From assembly GCA_002269645.1 (NCBI GenBank), contig NIVC01000019.1:682001-746000 (forward strand): a DNA stretch of 64,000 nt, in the 5' to 3' direction. The translations under genes were made by a program, and so were the position numbers. Below are positions 54,697 to 64,000 of this stretch, one piece after another. The notes beneath the pieces are model-generated. The model saw only the letters and a list, made by a program, of their open reading frames with translations. It made no database searches and was not told the origin of the DNA. Numbering within the stretch: position 1 is the stretch's first letter; the number at the start of each line of letters is the position of its first letter. The DNA comes from Macrostomum lignano. Its lineage: Eukaryota.

Positions 54697-54922
54697 ACTG
54701 TTCGAGCTGTACCCCGAAGAGCAGGAGCTGTTCTCGAAGTTTCGCCAGAGGCCACTCGACCAGCTGCGCGGCGACCCGGCGTTGAGGACACACGGCCGTA
54801 GGGTGGTGAACATGCTGGACTCGGTCATCGCCGACTTGCGCGACCGTCAGTCCTCTGAGGAGCTGCTGACCGAGATTGGCCGCTCGCATGGGCGACGGGG
54901 CATCCGGCCGGACCATTTTGCT
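54697..54922 (+). CDS. Globin exon 2 (heme pocket)
   Basis: TCCCAG acceptor; LFELYPEEQELFSKF (CD1 Phe), LRTHGRRVV (distal His E7), IGRSHGRRGI (proximal His F8); phase-0 donor at G7.0. Confidence 0.92.
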
Positions 54923-55830
54923 GTGAGTAGGTTGGTAGACAGAGTAGGTTGGAAGACAGAGTAGGTTGGTAGACAGAGTAGGTTGGTAGACAGAGTAGGT
55001 TGGTAAACAGAGTAGGTTGGAAGACAGAGTAGGTTGGTAGACAGAGTAGGTTGGTAGACAGAGTAGGTTGGTAGACAGAGTAGGTTGGTAGACAGAGTAG
55101 GTTGGTAGACAGAGTAGGTTGGTAGAGTAGGCTGCTAGACAAAAGGTTGGTGGAGAGTAGGTTGGTAGACAGTGGGTTGATAGATAGATAGAGTAGGTTG
55201 ATAGACAGAGTAGGTTGGTACATAAAGTAGGTTGGTAGACAGAGTAGGTTGATGGATAAAGTAGATTGATAGAAAGAGCAGGTTGGTAGATAGAGTAGGT
55301 TGATAGACAGAGTAGGTTGGTAGACAGAGTAGGTTGGTAGAGTAGGCTGCTAGACAAAAGGTTGGTGGAGAGTAGGTTGGTAGACAGTGGGTTGATAGAT
55401 AGATAGATTAGGTTGATAGACAGAGTAGGTTGGTACATAAAGTAGGTTGGTAGACAGAGTAGGTTGATGGATAAAGTAGATTGATAGAAAGAGTAGGTTG
55501 GTAGATAGAGTAGGTTGATAGACAGAGTAGGTTGGTAAATAGCAGGTTGATAGAAAGAAAAGCCTGGTAGAGTAGGTTAATAGATAGAGTAAGTTGGTAG
55601 ACAAAATAGGTAGGTAGATAGAGTACGTTGATAGACAGAAAAGCTTGGTATAGTATGTTGGTAGATAGAGTTGGTTGGTAGACAGAGCAGGTTGATAGAC
55701 AGTAGGTTGATAGACAGAGTATGTTTTGTAGATAAAGAAGGTTGGTAGAAAAAGTAGGGGTTGAAAGAGTAGGTGCAGGTAGAGTAGGTTGAGATAGTGA
55801 GTTGGTGGATAGATAGAGTAGGTTTTCAAT
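54923..55830. repeat. 17-bp GAGTAGGTTGGTAGACA minisatellite filling globin intron 2
   Basis: Direct inspection. Confidence 0.93.
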
Positions 55831-55968
55831 GCCATTCTGTTTCGGCAGGAACCGTTGAAGTTCTTGACGTTCCTAGTTGCCGAGTATCAAGAGGCCCGAT
55901 ACGGTATGCCGTACTGTTACTAGATCGTCATGCACCAACTAGTTCAACCACCCAACAATGAACCGCAG

Positions 55969-56115
55969 ACGCTGAACAAGGTGCTGATGTACGTACTTGA
56001 AGACCTGCTTGGCCAGCAGTTCAAAAGCAACAAGGCGGTGTGGAACAAGTTCCTGTCCGGCACCATTCCGACCATTACGGAGGGCATTCGGACTGCTCAG
56101 CAGGGCAATCTCTGA
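55969..56115 (+). CDS. Globin exon 3 (G-H helices)
   Basis: CCGCAG acceptor; TLNKVLMYVLEDLLGQQFKSNKAVWNKFL...; TGA stop; total about 157 aa. Confidence 0.85.
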   Translation, partial: TLNKVLMYVLEDLLGQQFKSNKAVWNKFLSGTIPTITEGIRTAQQGNL

Positions 56116-56219
56116 CTTTTCCCGCTCTATGCGATGACATGAGTTCAGCGAAGTTTTATTTCAGCGTGAAAATCTTTCATTTCTTTTAAATCCATGCATA
56201 ACATCGAACACATCGTCGA

Positions 56220-57135
56220 AATGTCACTCCCAGTCCCCCTCTCACTCAAAATGGCACTCCCAGTCCCCCTCTCACTCAAAATGTCACTCCCAGTCCCCCT
56301 CTCAATCAAAATGCCACTCCCAGTCCCCCTCACAATCAAAATGGCACTCCCAGTCCCCTCTCACTCAAAATGGCACTCCCAGTCCCCCTCTCACTCAAAA
56401 TGGCACTCCCAGTCCCCCTCTCAATCAAAATGGCACTCCCAGTCCCCCTCTCAATCAAAATGCCACTCCCAGTCCCCCTCTCACTCAAAATGGCACTCCC
56501 AGTCCCCCTCTCAATCAAAATGGCACTCCCAGTCCCCCTCTCAATCAAAATGGCACTCCCAGTCCCCTTCTCAATCAAAATGTCACTCCCAGTCCCCCTC
56601 TCACTCAAAATGGCACTCCCAGTCCCCCTCTCAATCAAAATGCCACTCCCAGTCCCCCTCTCACTCAAAATGGCACTCCCAGTCCCCCTCTCAATCAAAA
56701 TGCCACTCCCAGTCCCCCTCTCAATCAAAATGGCACTCCCAGTCCCCCTCTCACTCAAAATGGCACTCCCAGTCCCCCTCTCAATCAAAATGCCACTCCC
56801 AGTCCCCCTCTCAATCAAAATGGCACTCCCAGTCCCCCTCTCAATCAAAATGGCACTGTCCCAGTCCCCCTCTCAATCAAAATGGCACTCCCAGTCCCCC
56901 TCTCAATCAAAATGGCACTCCCAGTCCCCCTCTCAATCAAAATGTCACTCCCAGTCCCCCTCTCAATCAAAATGGCACTCCCAGTCCCCCTCTCAATCAA
57001 AATGGCACTGTCCCAGTCCCCCTCTCAATCAAAATGGCAATCCCAGTCCCCCTCTCAATCAAAATGGCACTGTCCCAGTCCCCCTCTCAATCAAAATGGC
57101 ACTCCCAGTCCCCCTCTCAATCAAAATGGCACTCC
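56220..57135. repeat. 30-bp GGCACTCCCAGTCCCCCTCTCAATCAAAAT minisatellite
   Basis: Direct inspection. Confidence 0.96.
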
Positions 57136-57918
57136 TAAATCCCCTTTCAATTAAAGTGGCAAATCCCAACTTACATCTGATCAAAATGGAAACCATATCC
57201 TATCCTAAGTAGATCCAGTGTGTCAGTGTGACCAACTCTGAACTGTCACTAAATAACACCTCTTAATCCCTATCCATGGGCGCCCAGAACTTGCATTGTA
57301 TAATTAGTACCCTAATAACACGCAGGAAAATTCTATAACGCAGACAAATTCGTCCAACCAAATAGCGAAGAAGACAGAATAATGTTATGAGTAGAAGATG
57401 CACAAGCAGGCACATCGACTGCTATCACATTGTGTTCACCTGTCTTACTAAACAGGTAAATTCCGCCCAACCGCACAGATAGACTTAATTTGCATTGCCA
57501 TGCATGGATCACTATTATTACCATTGCCTATCAAAATATACACAAATATTCATCTAGAGTTTACCACCCTACCATTATTACAAATAACGATAATAATATA
57601 AAAAAATTTCGCTTACTTTTTGAAAATAATAATAGACAAATAATTGGAATTATGAATTCGCTGCGACATTAATAATATAAGCAACAATCGCCTCTGGCCT
57701 TGTACAAGCAGACAAGTTAAATTAGCATCTTCATCCTGTTTTGCAGACTCCAGACTGCTTCAGACTCGAAATTATTTAATAAGACTTCAATTTAAGACTG
57801 AAGACTGCAGGAAACCGTAAAAATCCTAATCTAGTGCGTCTGCATAGCGAGCAAGACAGAACGGGGTGGCGCCACAGCCCCCCCCCGCCAAGCCGATAAA
57901 CAGTTGGGCTTCCTTACA

Positions 57919-58092
57919 GCTCTCTCATTGGCTGAGCTAGATTGGTCCTGCCCCCCTTTTGTCAGTCTGATTTCGACCTCTCTCCTTACTGCTCTCTCAT
58001 TGGCTGAGCTAGATTGGTCCTGCCCCCTTTTGTCAGTCTGATTTCGACCTCTCTCCTTACTGCTCTCTCATTGGCTGAGCTAGATTGGGCCT
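57919..58092. repeat. ~72-bp tandem repeat, about 2.4 copies
   Basis: Units start at 57919, 57991, 58062. Confidence 0.88.
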
Positions 58093-58779
58093 GTCCTCTA
58101 GGCAGAGTTTCGTCCACTTTGCGTTCACTTGTGTACATCGAGTTTAATGCTTGTTGTTTATTCTTAACCCCATATGCTCTTGGGGCTGCAAACCCCCGAG
58201 GAATGAATTTTTTTCGATGGCACATTAAATTTAAGTGACACTGCTTTTTCACAAATTTCATTGCGAGTGACACATCTAGTTCATCTTGTATCCGTGTCAC
58301 ACACTGAGGAGACTGTATGAGCCGAAAGAACATAAACAGAAAATCAGGAAGCTTTTTACTACTCGCTCTCGAGTAGGCAAGCAAAGATATGACTTTAAAT
58401 ATTGAAAGAATTCTGGTCTGCAATTTACAGTGAGGAAGTCATTTATAAGCATTAAATTGACATTCGCAAATTCAGTAACTCGCGAACTTCGGCCTTAAAT
58501 TAGCATGTTACGTATTTAATTTAAAGATTGAATCTTCTAGTTACCAATTACACACTACGAGCTCGTATGCTCTTGATGTGGACTAGGATTACAAAAAACA
58601 TACACGACATATACCATCTGAGTAATTACAAAGGCCAAAAATTATGAGCGTTATTTTGGCACATCTGAGCATCATTTTATTTTGCATATCTATAAATCGA
58701 AAAAACGACCAATGTGTTACTACCTAGAATACGAGGTCATCGCTCAGAATGCACATATAGCCTAGATGTACATCGATAA

Positions 58780-59930
58780 TCAATGCACTATTGAGAATGT
58801 ACATCACCGCCAATGTACATCTACAATCAATATACTGTTGAGAATGTACATCACCACCAATGTACATCTACAATCAATATACTGTTGAGAATGTACATCA
58901 CCGCCAATGTACATCTACAATCAATATACTGTTGAGAATGTACATCACCGCCAATGTACATCTACAATCAATATACTGTTGAGAATGTACATCACCACCA
59001 ATGTACATCTACAATCAATATACTGTTGAGAATGTACATCACCGCCAATGTACATCTACAATCAATATACTGTTGAGAATGTACATCACCACCAATGTAC
59101 ATCTACAATCAATATACTGTTGAGAATGTACATCACCACCAATGTACATCTACAATCAATATACTGTTGAGAATGTACATCACCGCCAATGTACATCTAC
59201 AATCAATATACTGTTGAGAATGTACATCACCGCCAATGTACATCTACAATCAATATACTGTTGAGAATGTACATCACCGCCAATGTACATCTACAATCAA
59301 TATACTGTTGAGAATGTACATCACCGCCAATGTACATCTACAATCAATATACTGTTGAGAATGTACATCACCGCCAATGTACATCTACAATCAATATACT
59401 GTTGAGAATGTACATCACCGCCAATGTACATCTACAATCAATATACTGTTGAGAATGTACATCACCGCCAATGTACATCTACAATCAATATACTGTTGAG
59501 AATGTACATCACCGCCAATGTACATCTACAATCAATATACTGTTGAGAATGTACATCACCGCCAATGTACATCTACAATCAATATACTGTTGAGAATGTA
59601 CATCACCACCAATGTACATCTACAATCAATGCACTATTGAGAATTTGCACCACTGCCAATGTAAACACAATCAAAATACTATCGGGAATGTACATCAGTG
59701 CCAATGTACATACAATCAATGCACTATTGAGAATGTACATCAGTGCCAATGTACATCTACAATCAATCACTATTGCAAATGTACATCACCGCCAATGTAC
59801 ATCTACAATCAATCACTATTACAAATGTACATCACCGCCAATGTACATCTACAATCAATCACTATTGCAAATTTATATCACCGCCAATGTACATCTACAA
59901 TCAATGCACTATTGAGAATGTACACATAGC
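58780..59930. repeat. 47-bp TGTACA-containing minisatellite
   Basis: Direct inspection. Confidence 0.96.
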
Positions 59931-60173
59931 CTCGGGATGTACAGAGTTATATCAATGCAGTATTGAGAAAAACAACATTATTGTTCAATATTTTTGGCAA
60001 TCTATGCACAATATAGATGTTGCGAATGTACACCTTGCCAATGCACACCGCAGCTGACGTAAATATAATGTTAAGAATGCACACAGCCAAATATTTCTAT
60101 TTAAAAGTTAATCCAGTGCGCGTCCTTAGCGAATAGAAAGTACTAACAAAGGTCAAAGGTCAAAGCGCCGGCG

Positions 60174-60530
60174 TCACCTCAGCAGCAAGGATTCGTGCTC
60201 CGATTTGCCAACTGTCTGCTTATGCGCCACCCAGATGAAGGCGATAGACGAGGAGGCGCTCAGCAGGAAGATGACATCAAACCAGCGGTGATAGAAGTGA
60301 AACTGCAGGTCGCCAAGCACCTGGGTGATGATGTGCCGGTACTCGGCGGGCATGTTCATTCGCATCAGCAGAACGGAGCTGAGAAAGTACATGCCCATGA
60401 CCTGGGCCAGCAGCAGCACCATGATGTTCGAGCTATGGGTTGACGCCAAGGCGAAGAAGAACTTGGTTAGAGTCAGCAGCAGGCCCCGGATTGACGTCAC
60501 GGCCATGATGCCCACGAGCCAGAAGCTCAC
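60174..60530 (-). CDS. GPR89: Golgi pH regulator GPR89/GPHR, last exon
   Basis: ATTCAG acceptor; [24 protein letters not shown]...[21 protein letters not shown]...[11 protein letters not shown]. Confidence 0.93.
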   Translation of the reverse strand: MSFWLVGIMAVTSIRGLLLTLTKFFFALASTHSSNIMVLLLAQVMGMYFLSSVLLMRMNMPAEYRHIITQVLGDLQFHFYHRWFDVIFLLSASSSIAFIWVAHKQTVGKSEHESLLLR

Positions 60531-60544
60531 CTGAATATGGGAAT

Positions 60545-60810
60545 TTGGGATTTTAGAGAATGAAATATGGGGATTGCAGTGAATGAAATATGGGAATTGC
60601 AGTGAATGAAATATGGGGATTGCAGTGAATGAAATATGGGGATTGCAGTGAATGAAATATGGGGATTGCAGTGAATGAAATATGGGGATTGCAGTGAATG
60701 AAATATGGGGAGTTCAGTGAATGAAATATAGGATTTTAGTGAATGAAATATTGGATTTCAGTGAATGAAATATGGGGAGTTCAGTGAATGAAATACGGGA
60801 GTTCAGTGAA
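60545..60810. repeat. 23-bp GGGGATTGCAGTGAATGAAATAT minisatellite (GPR89 intron)
   Basis: Direct inspection. Confidence 0.92.
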
Positions 60811-60914
60811 TGTGACACACAGCTAAGAAGTTAGAGTCGACTCAGTCGACCCTAAATTACACTTAAGCTTCAAACAAAGATAAATAAAAAACGATGACGC
60901 CCAGCCTCCCTCAC

Positions 60915-61094
60915 CTGCTGAGACCAAAACTGTACATCCAGACGAAACCCGAGCAGCTGGACACAAATGTGCAGCGCCCTGGTCACCGGGTCCACTTTGC
61001 CAACCCTGTTAAACACGATGTTGATGGTGCATGAGCACAGCTTCCACAGGCAGTAGGCGCAGAACACCCAGCCGAGTAGGTTGAAGTATCGGCC
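60915..61094 (-). CDS. GPR89: GPR89 exon 2
   Basis: CGCAG acceptor and GTGAGG donor; GRYFNLLGWVFCAYCLWKL...NRVGKVDPVTR; 180 nt, phase 0-0. Confidence 0.92.
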
Positions 61095-61124
61095 CTGCGT
61101 TTTGATGGAATCAATCAGGATCTA

Positions 61125-61440
61125 CTCTCTAACTCTACACTGACCTGCCTACCTCTCACTCTACACTGACCTGCCTACCTCTCACTCTACACTGACCTGC
61201 CTACCTCGCACTCTACACTGACCTGCCTACCTCTCACTCTACACTGACCTGCCTACCTCTCACTCTACACTGACCTGCCTACCTCTCACTCTACACTGAC
61301 CTGCCTACCTCTCACTCTACACTGACCTGCCTACCTCTAACTCTACACTGACCTGCCTACCTCTAACTCTACACTGACCTGTCTACCTCTCACTCTACAC
61401 TGACCTGCCTACCACCCACTCTACACTCTCCTGTTTACCT
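61125..61440. repeat. 26-bp CTACACTGACCTGCCTACCTCTCACT minisatellite (GPR89 intron)
   Basis: Direct inspection. Confidence 0.93.
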
Positions 61441-61766
61441 CTACCTCTACACTCTACTTTTTACCGCTTACTCTACAATTTACTTTCTACCTCTTATTCT
61501 ACTCTCTCCTGTCTACCTCTCACTCTACACTCTCCTGTCTGCCTCTCACTTGTTGAGTTGAAGCCTGCTTTACCTTCTAACTTTCTGTTACCCTCACTCT
61601 ACTCTAATATTTAGCTCCAACTCAACAATCTCACCCTGTCTACTTCTCACTTGACCCTATCTGGTTACCTCTCACTCTATCCTCTCTAGCCTTCCTGCTG
61701 CGAGCTACCGTCTTACTCTTAGTCTCATTGGCCATCTTTAGTCTTCACCTTCCCCTCAGTCCGTAC

Positions 61767-62612
61767 CTGCAGAGTCCGGCTATGCGCTGCCCTCTCCTGT
61801 GCGGTTTTCAACTCGTGCAACTCCAAGAACAGCTGCCTGCCCAGCTCCTCGTGATCGGCCGCCTCGGACTCGACGCTGGCCGCTGTCGGGCCAGACCGTC
61901 TGGCCGCGGCCGCGGCAGCCGTCCAGGGCAGGCTCCAGCCGGATGCCTGCCGACTCTGCGCCTCGTCCCGACGAAGCAGGGCGGCCCGACGCCGTTTGGC
62001 TGCCACCAAGTCCAGCGTCTGCAACAGGCGGCGCTCGATGCCCAGCACGGCGGACTGGGTGACGGGCCGGACAAAGACGTGCATGCAGCTGTAGGGGTAG
62101 TTGACGGCGCCGAAGCCGGACAGCAGCGCCATGATGGTCACGCCGATGACGCCGACCCGGCCGATGCACTGCTCCAGAGAGAAGATGCCATGGTTGGGCG
62201 ACAGGATCGGGAAGGGGTCGCCGAGACGCCAGAACAGCCAGACGAAGCCGAGCCAGCAGGCCAGCGCCAGGGCGGACCGGACAGACCGGCGGCGCGGCAG
62301 GAAGCTGGCCGATGAGATGGCGAAGTAGCAGGTGTAGTAGGGCAGCACCACCATGACCAAGATCAGCATAGCGAAAATGCACAGCCGCCACCAAAGCCGG
62401 CGGGACAGCGGGTCGAGCAGGCCGACAATCTCGAAGATGATCAATTCGAACATGCCGCAGGACAAGGCGAAAGTGACAGAGAAGGACACCAGCACAATCC
62501 AATGCCGGACCTCGTAGTCGCGGAACAAATGCTTGAGAAAGAACACCCAGCCAAGGGCGAAGAAGGCGCACATGGAGGCCAGCATGACTACAGAATCGGA
62601 GCCAACCGTCAT
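61767..62612 (-). CDS. GPR89: GPR89 exon 1
   Basis: LFRDYEV, FALSCGMFELIIFEI, GDPFPILSP, RVGVIGVTIMALLSGFGAVNYPY motifs; CAG|GTACGG donor. Confidence 0.94.
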
Positions 62613-62623
62613 GACTGAATCTT

Positions 62624-62848
62624 GTTGCTAGGCAACTAGCTGCAAACCAACTGGCTTAGTTTATGTTGCTAGGCAACTAGCTGCAAACCAATATAACTGG
62701 CTTAGTTTATGTTGCTAGGCAACTAGCTGCAAACCAATATAACTGGCTTAGTTTATGTTGCTAGGCAACTAGCTGCAAACCAATATAACTGGCTTAGTTA
62801 TGTTGCTAGGCAACTAGCTACAAACCAATATAACTGGCTTAGTTTATG
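62624..62848. promoter_or_regulatory. Five tandem 46-bp units, each with an RFX X-box (GTTGCTAGGCAAC); units 2-5 also carry CCAAT; directly upstream of GPR89 ATG
   Basis: X-boxes at 62624, 62665, 62711, 62757, 62802; nearest lies 11 bp from ATG 62612. Confidence 0.55.
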
Positions 62849-63259
62849 CAAACAGCTACAATTTCATTCCTTAGTTTTTTATTCACAAAAATCGATTCAT
62901 TTAAATTAATTAAAAATGTCTAATTTCAGTTAGATTTGCTTTCACTTTATGCTTTGCTTAACTTCTTATATGCTACTTACAGTAGTCATATTTATATCAA
63001 GTAAATATCCAGCCCTTGGGTTCTTTGAAACTTCACAATAGCAATTCTGCCTGTGCAATGTTTATACCTAAATTCAAGTTTTCTCTCATCTCTTTTCTCT
63101 GCCTCACTCTTCCCTTTCCTCTCTCCTCTCCCCTCATCTCATCTCTCGTCTCCTATTCCCTCCCTTTTCCAATCTCATCTGGCCCATAGCCATGAGATGG
63201 ATTCTTTATCTGGCCCTTGAGGTAAAAAAGTTTGCTGACTGCTGACTTATACCAAAGTC

Positions 63260-63478
63260 CAGTGGTAGATCTAGAATTTTATTTTGTGTGTGGGGGTGGT
63301 CCAAGTTTTGGGCACAAATTTTAAAACTGGAGGGTGCAAAATGTATAGTGGGAGAAAAATCAAGCTTAGGGGGTGCAAAAATGCATTTTAAGGGCACAAA
63401 ATTAGGTTTTTGGGGGTGCAATATGTTCTATCAAGCTATTTTTAGGGAGGGGGCAAGCTGCCCTCAAATCTGCCCTTG
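63260..63478. mobile_element. Degenerate hAT-like MITE
   Basis: CAGTGGTAGATCT / AAATCTGCCCTTG imperfect TIR; flanks CCAAAGTC / CCAAAATC (7/8 TSD match). Confidence 0.5.
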
Positions 63479-64000
63479 CCAAAATCTATACATAAGTCTA
63501 GATATTAGTAGACATAAATCTATACCTAAGTCTATACAAGTATACCCTGACTTACACATACATATGTATATATAAGCCTGAATATTTTAAATGTCCATAT
63601 TTATAGGATTACTTGACTTTGATAATTGATAGAAGTCTTAAAATCACAAGAATCCCAAAAAGTAATAAATATGATATCAATCACATGACTATCACATGAC
63701 TGATGTGACTATCCAGCTCATAGAAATTAAGATGTTACTTTGGCATCGTAGCCAAGGTCTAAATTTAGGATGCCAAAATTAAATTTGATAAGACATGGCA
63801 TAAGCTTATGACAAAAATGAAACCTAGACTACAAGTCTCATGAGTCATGATTACTTCTTTGACTAATAATTGGTGTTAATCCAATAACATGACAGCACAA
63901 TCCATTCAATCATAATTAGCTAAACTATCTAATAGTTGCAATGATTGAAATGGGACAAAAAGCTATAGAATTGCTTTTGTAAGTGTCAGTTTTGATAGTT

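Noticed and set aside
55849-55903. Possible extra globin exon (GGCAG...G|GTATGC, EPLKFLTFLVAEYQEARY)
   Set aside because: 55 nt would frameshift exon 3; direct G7.0 splicing already yields a complete globin (a poison exon cannot be excluded)
35569-62571. Antisense ORFs over GHITM (35569-36090), the GPCR (42001-42501, 45185-45811), GPR89 (61728-62315) and the Ig exon (4569-4871)
   Set aside because: Shadow ORFs expected from GC3-rich codon usage on the true strand

Overview
Eukaryotic (metazoan) genomic DNA. There is no sign of prokaryotic operons, CRISPR, rRNA or bona fide tRNA genes. Short GC3-rich exons are separated by introns packed with micro- and minisatellites, a pattern that resembles the flatworm Macrostomum (inference only). 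Most ORFs in the supplied track are translations of tandem repeats or antisense shadows of real exons. Six spliced genes were reconstructed by hand with phase-consistent splice sites: an Ig I-set domain gene (-, runs off the window start), ANKMY2 (-), GHITM (+), a class A peptide-type GPCR (+), a three-exon globin with canonical B12.2/G7.0 introns (+) and GPR89/GPHR (-). Mobile DNA includes three tRNA-headed CORE-type SINEs, four hAT-like MITEs with 8-bp TSDs, a TGT...ACA element with a 4-bp TSD carrying a minisatellite, foldback hairpins and a possible solo LTR. The most notable theme is that several tandem arrays are built from canonical transcription-factor sites: RFX X-box plus CCAAT just upstream of GPR89, TCAAGGTCA in ANKMY2 introns, and E2F TTTGGCGC in the GPCR intron. 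Whether these are functional cannot be determined from sequence alone.
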